Assembly (NCBI GenBank): GCA_964016885.1
Contig: OZ024741.1
Location: 211,978,001 to 212,042,000, forward strand
From: Eledone cirrhosa
Taxonomy: Eukaryota
DNA: 64,000 bases
Reading direction: 5' to 3'
Below are positions 14,231 to 26,745 of the stretch, one piece after another (the first letter of the stretch is position 1; every line of letters begins with the position of its first letter). Both the position numbers and the translations under genes were made by a program. The notes beneath the pieces were generated by a model that searched no databases, was not told the DNA's origin, and saw only the letters and a program-made list of their open reading frames with translations.

Positions 14231-14725
14231 GTCGTGACTTGTTGGAGATTTGTTGGCTTGCTGGTGGTTCCCGCATTGTTGCTTTCCTTTGGGCGCTATG
14301 TGTTTTGCTATCTTCACGGCCCGAATCTGTGGCGTGGTCGTTGCCCACGCTGGGAGATCTACCGTGGGGTGGTCCCCTGTTCCCCCCCCCACGTGTCCTG
14401 CGGTTGGGGTCGTCGGGTCTGGGCTGGTTAGCATCACCTCTGAGACTGCTACTCATATTGGGTTTCATCTCATGGTTAAGCGTACTCGTCACCAACGCCC
14501 GTGTGGTGGTGTCGGGCTCATGGTGCCTATTTGTTTCTGTTCTGCCTGTATTGTTAGGATATATATATATACATACAAATATATTTATATATATATATAT
14601 ATATTAATATATATATACATATATACATATACATATAAATATATATACATATATACATATACATATAAATATATATAAATGTATATATAATACATTTATA
14701 TATATATATTTACATACATATATAC

Positions 14726-14819
<94 letters not shown>

Positions 14820-14989
14820 GTACATATACACATATACATATACATGTATATATACATCAATATATATACATATATACATACATAAATGTATATATACATA
14901 TATACAAGGATCGGAATTAGAGCATTCCGCAGTTCGCAGTAATAATAATGTTAGCTCAAAGAAGAACAGAGAATTTTCAACTGAGTTCA

Positions 14990-15535
14990 AATACAAATAT
15001 ATTACACAGAGAGAAGTGTGTTACACAGTGAGATGTGTGTAAAGAATTATTACATGTGAGTTTAACCGTTACTGTATGGAAAACAACACCTTCAGGTTGG
15101 CAATTAAATAGAAAACTAATTCTGAATCAAATCTCCGAAGTAGAGGTTAAATTACTAACCTTATAACTATAAGCTTGCTGATACGAATCTATTTCGTTTC
15201 GCCACTGAAATGTGTAGTGTAAAAGTCCACAGGGTCCTCAGTCAGCAAGTGTGGAATTGTTAGCTACACATCTAGCCTAATGGAAAGAGAGAACGCAAAT
15301 TTACACGCTGCCCAGAGCAGGGCGAAAACACGTGTTATTTGCATCAAATATAGTTATAAGGTTGGTAATTTAAAACTCTACTTCGGAGATTTGATTCTGA
15401 CTTAGTGTTCTTTCTATTTAATTGCCAACCTGTAGGTGTTGTTTTCCATACAGTAACGGTTAAACTCACATGTAATAATTCTTTACACACATCTCACTGT
15501 GTAACACACTTCTCTCTGTGTAATATATTTGTATA
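14990..15535 (-). mobile_element. Inverted-repeat element (~180-bp arms) in (TA)n with an internal hammerhead
   Basis: 14991-15171 is the near-perfect reverse complement of 15349-15534. Confidence 0.85.
15174..15249 (-). ncRNA. Type-I hammerhead ribozyme
   Basis: cttgctga-CTGAGGA-ccctg...cagtggc-GAAA-cgaa(ataga)ttcg-TA-tcagcaag. 8-bp stem I and GUA site; the first stem II pair is mismatched. Confidence 0.8.
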
Positions 15536-15699
15536 TACATATATATATATATATATGGATATACACATATAAACAAATTTATCTACATATACATATATAT
15601 ATACATATATATATATACATAAATACATACACATTTATATATAAATATATACATATATCTATATATATATGCATATATATATAAATATATATATATATA

Positions 15700-16446
15700 A
15701 ACTAGAAATTGATTGACATATAAATATATCTAAAATAAACATATGAAACAATCATGAGATAATTTGTAAAAGTGTGTAAGCACACATAGCTATGTAGGTA
15801 ACTAAATAAAGTTTAACTAGAACTTCAAAAATAGATACCTTATAAATGGATTAATGGCGCATGTCTATCTGACATGACACCTTAATTTAACTTAATTTTG
15901 GATATATATAAATAGGGCCCCTTGTAGAGCTAACTCAGTTGAAAGGACTTGACTTCTATTTCTAGTTGTCGATAACCCTATTCACGCCACTGGGACGAAG
16001 CTGGTACGATGTGTGTATTTTTAATAAATACAGCACGTGTTACTGGCCAGTCGCTAATTTGAATTTGATGCGTAAACACAGATGGTTGGACCTCTTCCTT
16101 GTTGAAAATCCAGGATCTGGCTACTGTCGTTTACCAATCGATTAATTGGTGAAATATATTTCTTTAATGGAATATATACAAGGAAGATTAATCAATTTAT
16201 AAGGTATCTATTTTTTAAGTTCTAGTTAAACTTTATTTAGTTACCTACCTAGCTATGTGTGCTTACACACTTTTACAAATTATCTCCTGTGATTGTTTCA
16301 TATGTTTATTTTAAATATATTTATATGACAATACATTTCTACTTGATATAAAATGCTTGGATTTATTCATTGGAATCTTGGAGCATATTTTACGGGTGAT
16401 ATGGCGCATGTCTATCTGACATGACACCCTTAATTTAACTTAATTT

Positions 16447-16450
<4 letters not shown>
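15700..16450 (+). mobile_element. Inverted plus partial direct repeat element in (TA)n with a hammerhead
   Basis: About 15703-15855 is inverted to about 16187-16341. A 55-bp direct repeat lies at 15854-15910 and 16401-16455. Confidence 0.8.
16093..16187 (+). ncRNA. Type-I hammerhead ribozyme, U3-A8 core variant
   Basis: tcttccttg-TTGAAAA-tcca...tggt-GAAA-tatatttc(tttaat)ggaatata-TA-caaggaaga. 9-bp stem I and 8-bp stem III. Confidence 0.8.
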
Positions 16451-16545
<95 letters not shown>

Positions 16546-16774
16546 ATGTGTGTGTGTGTGTGTACATATATACATTCGCATCTATAAATATATACGTACC
16601 TATACATGTATGTATATTGCACTTCAAAGAATGTCAAAGAGCCAAGAATCTACTAATATTGCAATCGCAGAAACTGTTCTGTCGTTTAAATCAATAATTG
16701 TGAACTAAACCTGAATTGGAGACTCTGCCATTGTACTTTTGTTGCTTTCCACCAAAAACACCCTTAAACACCCC

Positions 16775-16854
<80 letters not shown>

Positions 16855-16909
16855 GTATATTGTACTTTGCAATGTATTGGTACGGATATTTTTTATTTAA
16901 TCACAGACG

Positions 16910-16963
<54 letters not shown>

Positions 16964-17093
16964 TGTGTGTGTGTGTGTGTGCGTGTGCGTGCGCCTATGT
17001 ATGTGTGTATACAATATAAGATTATATATGAACACTATTTAAGTATGTATGCGACTTAAAAAAAAGGTCCGTACGTATATATACATATATATG

Positions 17094-17127
<34 letters not shown>

Positions 17128-17169
17128 TATATGTGTGTGTGTGTATATATATATGCGTATATATATGTT

Positions 17170-17249
<80 letters not shown>

Positions 17250-17654
17250 TATACACATACACACACATATACATACATATTTATGTATATATATATATAT
17301 ATATATATATAAATGTATATATATATATATATAAACACACACGTTGCTCTATTCCACATTCTCTCCATCATCCATACTCACTCTCTCCTCATCTTTCCCG
17401 CCCAAAACATTTCTACAACAGAACGAAATTTACCTTGCTTTTATTTCACTATTCCACTCAAAGACATTTCATTGTTGTTACACCTAATTATTGAAAACAA
17501 CTGTGATGACAAGAAGAAAAGGAAGAAGTAAATCGATCGATATTTCAAACACTAATGCAGTTTTCAGTGGTATTTTAAAACTCACCAATATCCTACACTC
17601 TATTACGTTTATTTGTTCTGTAGGAAAATTATTTTGTTATTAGCATTATTATCA

Positions 17655-18790
17655 GTGGAGTGGCAGTATTGGTAGAGGGTCGGACGCCATGCTTTGCAGC
17701 AAAAGAGTTACGGCCCTTTTTGGTCTGAGTTCAAATCCCGCTGAGGTTAACTTTTCCTTTCATCCTTACGGGGTCGATAAAATAAAGTACCAGTAATGCA
17801 CTGTGGGCGAATTTAATTGACTCTCGCCTCCCCCAAAATTGCTGGCCTTGTGCCTATATAAGAAAACATTATAAGTATTATTATTAGGTGGGCGTTAGAT
17901 TATCGTTGTCGGTAGAGCGTCAGACATCATGTTTAGCAATATACAGTTAGGTCGCTTTACAGTCTGAGTTCAAATCCTGTGGAGGTTAGCTTTTAGTTTC
18001 ATGCTTACGAGGTCGATAAAATAAAGCACCAGTAATGCCTTGGGGTAGATTTAATCGATTTCTCACCCACCCAAATTGCTGGCTTTGTGCCTAAATCAGA
18101 AACCATTATTATTATTAGGTTGTGGATTGCCAGTATTGCTAGACCATCAAATAACATGCTTTGTGGCATATAGTTACGGCCCTTTACCTTCTGAGTTCAA
18201 ATCCTATCAAGGTGAGCTTTTCCTTTCATGCTTACGGCGTCGTTATAATAAAGTACCAGTCACGCACTGGGGTCGATTTAATCGTATTTCTCCTCTTCTC
18301 CGCATATTGCTGGCATGTGTCTTAAGTAGAAACAATTATTCTGATTATTAATAGTAAGGCTGCGGATTGGAAGTATCGGTAGAGCTTCGGACAACATGTA
18401 GAGGCAAGATAGAGTTACGGCCCTTTACGTTCTGATTTTAAATCCTGTCGTGCTTAGCTTTGCGTTTCGTCTTTACGGGGTCGATAAAATAAAGTACCAG
18501 TCACACATTTGGGTCGGTTTAATTGACTTTCCTCCACCAAAACATTGTTGGCCTTGTGCCTAACTCAGAAAACATTAGCGTTACTATTAGGGCGATGGAT
18601 TAACCAAGTATTTACTGCGCTGGAACAAATGTTTAGGGACTCATGTGATTTTGCCGAACGCAATTTTATCCTTCATCATTCTGGGGTCGATGAAATAACG
18701 TACCAGTCGCCCACTGGCGCCGATGCAATCAATTTCCCCACCCAACAAATTGATAGGGTTGCGTGTAAATTAAAAACCATTATTTTTAAT
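17655..18790 (+). mobile_element. Head-to-tail array of 5 family-A SINEs (~230-bp period)
   Basis: The core ggtcgataaaataaagtaccag or a variant occurs near 17772, 18011, 18240, 18479 and 18685. Confidence 0.9.
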
Positions 18791-18936
18791 AGCAGATTGG
18801 AAGAACGATGAGCGCCCCTCCAAATTCAGAATTCAAGGGGCCTGTGTTTACGTGAGTGTGTGCGCGCGTGCGTGTGTGTGTGTGTGTGTGTTTGTGTGTG
18901 TGTATGTGTGTGTGAGTGTATGTGTGAGAGAGAGAA

Positions 18937-18972
<36 letters not shown>

Positions 18973-19399
18973 CAGAAACACGGAAATCATGATGGAAGAG
19001 ATATTTTGCAGCTGTAGTGATTTGGAACTGTGGTTGAGGTGAAATTGCACTCCGTCACAAATTTGAGCAACGAGAAGTTGATACTTGTGCCATCATTCTG
19101 GTGTCAGAGTGACACAGATGCTGCACGAGATAGCCTTTCATTGGCTGATACTGGTCGTCAACGCTGATATCCGTGACCGAGCCACCATCTGTCATTAGAA
19201 AGAAATTAAAAAGAAAATACATGATGCGCCCACTAAAGTGAGGGCAGAAAAACGTTAAAACCTTAATACACTTAGCACCAACGCCACCTCCTACATCAAC
19301 TTCATCACGAACACCATTAGCATTACCACCACCACCACCACCTACATCCGCACTACTACCACCACCACCACCATCATCATCATCGCCGTCAGCCTTACA

Positions 19400-20371
19400 C
19401 AGACACAATCAACATCTCAAACATAATTCAGCGCACATCCACAACAACCACTACAGCAAACCCAACAAAAGGAGACAGACATCACAAGTTACACAGCCAC
19501 AAACACAAACAACAAAATACAATTGTACTCCATCCAACGCAACACCAACATTACAGAAAAAGTCTACATCAACCCCACCCCTACAAAAAGATATCGCACT
19601 ACCTACACACATATAATTCATACAAATCGAACGGAACACCTACATTAAACAGAATATACGCCGATAGGTTCAGAGACTTCCGAGGGGACTAGAAAAAAAT
19701 ATACAGAGATATATTTGTGGACACATACACATGAAGCTAGAAGGACTGGATTAGCCATCGTTCTTCTACAGGAATAAAGTGATCATTCTCACTTTTCCAC
19801 CTCTTTATCAAATATGTCCTTACTTAGGATAAGCAGTGTAAATGCACGTTGCCTGGCGTCATTTTAGAAGTATTGGTCAGCATCCGGACCAGAACATTCA
19901 AGGCACGAGCCTTCGCATTTAATTTCATCGGTTATGATGGGTAAACATCTCCAAGCCGTCCGGGATCGAGAGATATAGATTTCATTTTGTGTTGAAAAGG
20001 CCTGGATTTCATGATATGGACCATCTTCCTTGACTCAGAAGGTAAGTCAATGGTGTTAGACATGGCCGTCAGTGAAGGACATATTTTCAGGCTAGTGCCC
20101 GTCAAAGTTCCGACATGTGCTGGACGGGCCGACGATTTTATGCATCTGGAGACCTTTCTAAGAACGTCCCTCACTTTATCTCATTAGTGTAAGTGGGTGA
20201 CAGGAATGGTATTGTAGTTGCAAAATGGAAATATGTGGGGCTAGCAGACGAAAGAATGGGGTACAAAAGTTTCGTTAAGTTGGTCAGACATTTCCAACTG
20301 TCTGACAGGTACCGACTGTATTTTCTGGATGGGCTAATGTCGAGTTTGTCGAACCATATTTGATCATAAAT

Positions 20372-20376
<5 letters not shown>
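19400..20376 (+). pseudogene. Decayed Tx1-clade LINE (ORF1 end and ORF2 endonuclease)
   Basis: From 19814 MSLLRISSVNARCL..., then IFLDSEGKSMVLDM...FRLV..VPT.AGR.D...LETFLRTS, which aligns with the endonuclease of the Tx1 at 62330-63491. Confidence 0.8.
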
Positions 20377-20437
<61 letters not shown>

Positions 20438-20473
20438 GAAAAATCAGTGATGCATCTGAACTCAATTTATTGT

Positions 20474-20561
20474 GTGTTACAATTGTTTCGCCGGCAGACA
20501 GCTCGAGACACGATCATTGTGTGGATCTGACTGATTCTTGATCTGCAGGTTCGTCGGACAC
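20474..20561 (-). ncRNA. Type-I hammerhead (C4 core)
   Basis: gtgt-CCGACGA-acctgcaga...tctgccggc-GAAA-caattg-TA-acac, with AATAAA just downstream. Confidence 0.7.
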
Positions 20562-20846
20562 TTGTGCCTGTATATATGGACACGTGTGTGTATGTGCCTG
20601 TGCGTGTCTATGTATATGTCTGTACGTGTTTGTGTATACGAGAGTTTGTGTATGCATGTGTGTACGCCTGTGTGAGTGTGTCTGTGTGTGTGTGAGTTGA
20701 TGTATGTGGGTATGTAGGCAGGCGTCTGTGGACGCGCATGTCTATAGTTTTACGGGTTCTCTTTGGGTGCGTATGTATGGCGGGAGTATATTCGTACGGA
20801 TGTTGTTATTTATATGATTGTGTGAGTGTGTGTGTTTGTGTGAGTG

Positions 20847-20918
<72 letters not shown>

Positions 20919-21128
20919 AGCACGTGCGTGGACGTGTGAACTAACAAACCCAACAGGGATTCATTGAAATGTGGCAGGAAAAAGGACAGCTGCTGGCCAG
21001 TTTGACAGTACCTGTTGGCCCAAATTTATGATGACGTAGAAGAACAACAACCAATAGCAGGACGAGCGAAGAGGATGTTTTTTGACGCTAACACCCCAGT
21101 GAGAAAATTTGATCCGAAATTATTACAA

Positions 21129-21209
21129 GTGTCCGAAGAACCTGCAGATCCAGAATCAGACAGATCCACACAATGATCGAGCTGTCTGCCGGCGAAACAA
21201 TCGTAACAC
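21129..21209 (+). ncRNA. Type-I hammerhead (C4 core)
   Basis: gtgt-CCGAAGA-acctgcaga...tctgccggc-GAAA-caatcg-TA-acac-AATAAA. Confidence 0.7.
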
Positions 21210-21369
21210 AATAAATTGAGCTCAGATGCATCACTGATTTTCCGTTTTATATTATATCACACTCTGCTCAACCGGTATACCGCCTATGGAAGCATCATAG
21301 CTACCACCAGACACACACACACCCACACACCCACACCCACACACACATACATACACACATATATATATA

Positions 21370-21456
21370 TACATGGTGTCCCCCCAAAAAAATATATACA
21401 CGCTTCAACAGCGTTCTAATAAATATGTGTATATATTTTGGAGGGACAGCCTGTAT
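21370..21456. mobile_element. Tiny Tc1/mariner-like MITE
   Basis: ta-catggtgtccccccaaaaaaatatatacac ... gtgtatatattttggagggacagcctg-ta: imperfect TIRs with TA flanks. Confidence 0.55.
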
Positions 21457-22753
21457 ATAGGGATGTATGTAAGTAAGTTGTTTATCTTTTGAAATAACCG
21501 ATAATACAGACCACAAATTTTCGATTCTTACAGTAGTCTTAGATAGATTTTATTGAAAGGGTCCCGGATGACTGGGGCTGTTCACCGCTTTCAAGATTTA
21601 AGGAATGATAGATGGACGGACCAGTAAGAAAACTTTGGATTTTTTAATGTGTCAATCCCAGTTCTTTTTTGGAAATGCCAAGAATTCGGCTAACTGGAAC
21701 TCGATCATTCTATTGATAGAATATCTCTTTCGTAGCAGCAACAGAAGATGTTCCACTAGAGTCAGTAAATTTACGTCAAAGATTACCTCCCCTTGGGACT
21801 ATTTTAAAGATGAATAGAATCGTGCCTAGACATGGTTAGTCTTTAGTATTCTAAATTATAAGTGGCTGCTGAAATAGCGGACGAGAGGGAAAGTTTTTGA
21901 GAGAGCGAGAGACAGAGAGGTGAGGTACAGGGAGGTGGAGGGAGTTCTATTAGAAACATTGATTTATTAATACCCCATGGGAAGGCCGGTTTTCAAACAC
22001 GAGACGTCAAACGTACTTTTCGGGTTTCTGGCTTGAGGGGTGGGGGTGGGGATTAGATATTTACTTCATATTTTTCGTTGAAAATGCAGATCTTGTATGA
22101 TGAATCATCTCCCTCCCCTCAATCTACACTCATTCATTACTCATTCATTATTCATTCATTCATTGCTATTTTGTGACTTAGCCTTTCAGCTGCTCTCCTC
22201 TTCCCTCTCCTCGCTAAATTTCCTTCTGTTATTTGAAGCATTTCTTTCATTTGCGTTTCTTTCTTCTTATTACGTTTCTTTCTTCTTATTTTTCATTTTG
22301 TTTTTGTTTTAGTTTGTAATATTTTTTTTCTTTTCTTTTGTTTTGGTTTTTACTCTATAGGAATTGTCACAAATTAGATTTTGAATTCCTCTATAAGCTT
22401 TTCAGACAGGAATACGTCAAGGAATGCTTGGACGTTGATGGAATTCCTGAGAAATTCGTTATTTGAAAATAGTAGGCAAATAACGATCTTTGCACATTTC
22501 ACACCTAAAGGATTTCGTGAGGATATACGAAAGGATTATGAACGCATTAAAGATACATGAGTAGTGAATACTGCTGACACATTTGTGGTTTACACAAGTA
22601 AATAAATGGGAGCAGGCCTGGCTGTGTATTTAGGTTTTCTTCACAATCAGGTGATTCAGGTTCATTCCCACCACCGCCTGGCATCTCAGGCTATTACCTT
22701 CTGATAGATCCTCGTGTACACACACACACACACACACACACATACACACACAT

Positions 22754-22787
<34 letters not shown>

Positions 22788-22788
<1 letters not shown>

Positions 22789-22856
22789 ATCATACCTTAT
22801 CGGTTGGAAATTCACTGGATACTATCCAGTGAATTTCCAACCGATAAGGTATGATT
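22788..22856. repeat. Perfect 34-bp-arm palindrome with a 1-nt spacer
   Basis: aatcataccttatcggttggaaattcactggata-c-tatccagtgaatttccaaccgataaggtatgatt. Confidence 0.95.
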
Positions 22857-23093
22857 TTCATGGGTATGTCTCTATTTATAAAACAAACTTGTGTATTTTA
22901 TCACAAGAGAGCGTACCAATGTTGTCTTGGTACCCTTGAAATATATATAATAAAATAAATATGGTTTTATAAATATAGTTTCCATTTATTTAATATCATT
23001 GAATATTTACTCCAGTAAACTGTTGAGTGCTCTAAATCAGTTATAAACATTTATATTTGTCGGACTTCCAACACATTAAATACCCCTTCTACT

Positions 23094-23132
<39 letters not shown>

Positions 23133-23672
23133 ACACACACACACACACGCACATATATATATATAACATTTACCTCAACACTTAATTTTAAATCTTTAAT
23201 TTTTATTAATTCTCTTTAATTATAATACTCAACATTTGATGAGATGAATTTTACTAATACATCGAAACCGGTTATACTTTATATACTTTATATACTTTAT
23301 ATACATTATAAAACTCTTTTTTAAAAGAATTGTCCTTCACATGTTTTCAATAACGTCCCTTTGACGAATCAAAGAAAGGAAAAAAAGAAAAACAACCCTA
23401 AAATATATTTTCCGTCCTATTTCCAAATCTCCTCGATGCTATTGGGTAGCGGAGTATCAATAATAATAATTAGAGAACAAAGAATCAGTGAGCCTACATG
23501 TGAAAGCACATATCTGAATTTCAATTCCAGAGTCAGGAACGAACATAACTGGTAGTTCCTCGAGCTGATCGAGAGTGAAACATATGTAATATATGATTAA
23601 ATGTGATTATTGAGCAATGTGAATATTGTTCCCTAATTATATACATATATAGATTGAAAGAGTGAAGTAATA

Positions 23673-23946
23673 ATCTTGGAGTAATAATATTGAAAGAGTG
23701 AAGAATAACATGGTCAACAGTACAAAAAAGGGTTTAATTTACAGTCTGACAATTGTTTCACTCATAACAGTTATCTCCGATGATCTGGTAAAGCTAACGT
23801 ATTTAAAATTGAGTGGCACAGCTTCAAGTGTTCAGCAAATTATAACCAACTTAATCAGTGAAGCAATTGTCAGACTGTAAAGAAAACCCTTTTTTGTACT
23901 GTTGACCATGTTATTCTTCACTCTTTCAATAATATTACTCCAAGAT
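23673..23946 (+). mobile_element. Inverted-repeat element with a hammerhead at 23774-23874 (C4 core)
   Basis: Arms 23673-23762 and 23857-23946. HHR reads tct-CCGATGA-tctggt...atcagt-GAAG-caattg-TC-aga; the other arm retains GAAA. Confidence 0.75.
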
Positions 23947-24097
23947 AAACTTTCATAGGAATACAAGAGAACTCATAACCTCGCCATCTACGTAAACCCC
24001 TTGTTGAGTCAAACAACGCCGTACGCTAAAACTATCCATAATACGAAGTATGCACAACCTCTAACTGGATTGCCTATAACGATATTTTGTTATCCCT

Positions 24098-24157
<60 letters not shown>

Positions 24158-24163
24158 TTACAC

Positions 24164-24228
<65 letters not shown>

Positions 24229-24388
24229 TGTGTGTGTGTGTATGTGTGTGCGTATATATATATATATATATATATATCCAAAGCGGCTGACATAATACGA
24301 ACGTGTTTTCCCCTCCTTTTCGCATTTTTTCCTCGTTCCTTCCTCCTCTTATTGTTTACCTTTCTATTTTATCTTCTATTTATAACGA

Positions 24389-24424
24389 TCTTCTGATGAA
24401 AGACTAATGTCCGAAGTGTTAAGA
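24389..24424 (+). ncRNA. Minimal type-I hammerhead, degenerate
   Basis: tctt-CTGATGA-aagac(taat)gtcc-GAAG-tg-TT-aaga, inside a ~220-bp insert between microsatellites. Confidence 0.55.
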
Positions 24425-24523
24425 CCCTTTACCTTCTATTTCAAGCATTAAACTCACATATTTCTTCAATTTACTGTGTCGCTTGCTTTGATATTTCTAT
24501 TTACCTTTTAAACACAGACACAC

Positions 24524-24621
<98 letters not shown>

Positions 24622-24635
24622 CACCCCCACACACT

Positions 24636-24687
<52 letters not shown>

Positions 24688-24735
24688 TTTGTATAGAGTA
24701 GTACAATTTACAATTAAATGAAACATTATATTAAA

Positions 24736-25896
24736 CTAGCAGTGTATCCCGGCATTGCATGGGTAAGAACATTGGTAATAGCACCTCCAATAAGACGCAT
24801 TTATTTGTGAGTGTCTGTTAAAAACTCACGAAAATATACCGACAGGAAACTTGTTTTATTTGGAGAAAATTAAGAAGTTGAAAGTACAGTTTAGCTGTCT
24901 ACGTGCATTGTTCATAGAAATATTGTTGAGCCCCTTCTTTTCATACTCCTATGTTTTGGTCTTTTGGAGTAAATGTGAAAGAGAAAGTCACAGGTTAAGT
25001 TGGCAGAATGTTCCAGTGTCACAGCAGTAAGGCGTAGGCTACTTACCTCAAAAGTTCATTCGCACTCTTTCCATTAAATTACTCTTTCTCTCTATCCCTC
25101 TCGGTGCAGACCCTTGTGAATTTATCGCATAGGCCTGGTGTAGATTTGCACCCGATCCATCTGCCCGATGCACATGTCCGCTTTGTACGGCTTTTGGAGG
25201 AAGGAGTGACCAGCAGTACGTTGTTTGGTATTATTACGAAAAAGGTGAGGCAGAGAATCCCGCGTGAACTAACAGCTCGGGAGGAAACTGCTTACCTCGA
25301 AGATTCATTTGCCATCGTTCTTATCAACGCTCCGCTTAGTTGGTATTTGTTGGGCTACAGTTAGATGAATGGCGCACAAAGGGTTAATGTTTATTGGAAA
25401 GATGTGCAACTGGGCTGGCTTGCCTCGCTTATATTATATAGTAAAATAACAGATTAGAGTTTAAGCAAAGAATCGCTGCTTTCTCCCTTAACGGGATCTT
25501 CTGAAATTAAAAAATCAATCTGTGAACGCAGAAGTAAATATTTCGAAAAACGTTGCAACCGAAGGAAAACAGGAAGACGATACTTTGGTTCGTGAAGCCA
25601 ATGAACGGAAAATAGCGAACATAATACTTCGTCAATGTTTGTCAGAATGTCGTAATGCAGAGAGCCAGGCAAACAGGCAGATATTATAAGGGCGCGGCGG
25701 AGATGCATGACCGTCGCCTAACACCCCTTTAACAACAGAACATTGAAACAAAAAAGCTGCAGTTACTATCTTTTCACCGCAAGGAATATATAAATGCAAG
25801 TTTGAAGTCAATCGGAATAGAAATGTGGATTTGTATAGACTTTGCAAAAACGAGGACATACACACAGACAACTACAGTTTTATATATATGTATAGA
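24736..25896 (-). mobile_element. Non-autonomous Helitron
   Basis: Minus strand starts A|TCTATACATATATATAAAA and ends with the hairpin cccatgcaatgccggg...CTGCTAG|T. Confidence 0.85.
25458..25508 (-). ncRNA. Type-I hammerhead inside a Helitron (A4 core)
   Basis: aattt-CAGAAGA-tccc(gttaa)ggga-GAAA-gca(gcgattctt)tgc-TT-aaact. The homolog at 41908-41957 has stem I agttt/aaac. Confidence 0.65.
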
Positions 25897-25967
25897 TAAT
25901 ACTACTCACTATTCTGTCTGTTGTTTGCCTTCCAATTCTAATACGGTTCTTAATTATCTAAAGTCTG

Positions 25968-26032
<65 letters not shown>

Positions 26033-26238
26033 TTACATATACATATATTTAGATATACATATAGACATATACATATATACATATAATTATGCGTATATAC
26101 ATATACATATATACATATAATTATGCGTATATACATATACATATATACATACTTGTGCATATATATACATACATATATATATATATATACTTATACATAT
26201 TTACATTTACATATATACATTTACATATACATATATAC

Positions 26239-26279
<41 letters not shown>

Positions 26280-26338
26280 AACGTACATATATCAATGCAT
26301 ACATACTTATAAACATACATACATATATACATACACAG

Positions 26339-26407
<69 letters not shown>

Positions 26408-26544
26408 ACTATATTCAAGAGGTATAAAGACAAGGCCATCTATATTTAGATTCAGTCAGTTTCTGGCGATTAATTAACTTCGAGAACAACTAATATTGAA
26501 TGAGATTGAAAATTGATTGACGTTAATACCCTCTGTAGACAGTG

Positions 26545-26609
<65 letters not shown>

Positions 26610-26638
26610 TTCTGTTTATGTGTATATATATATGTATG

Positions 26639-26745
<107 letters not shown>

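Larger units (their letters stand above)
12060..14560 (-). mobile_element. 5'-truncated Penelope-like element (Naiad-type) flanked by (TA)n
   Basis: GIY-YIG coding relic, long 3' UTR with internal duplications, HHR followed by AATAAA near 12105, and TA-rich repeats at both ends. Confidence 0.85.
20431..21251. mobile_element. Inverted-repeat element with a hammerhead in each arm
   Basis: 20431-20565 is inverted to 21125-21251. It starts in a (TA)n tract that truncates the Tx1 relic. Confidence 0.85.

Noticed and set aside
17655-17760. tRNA genes
   Set aside because: The A/B-box-like segments are SINE heads followed by the SINE core, with no full cloverleaf.
26425-26545. Degenerate minus-strand hammerhead (core cagaggg); a similar weak case lies at about 31585
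   Set aside because: Several core mismatches and no convincing stem III.
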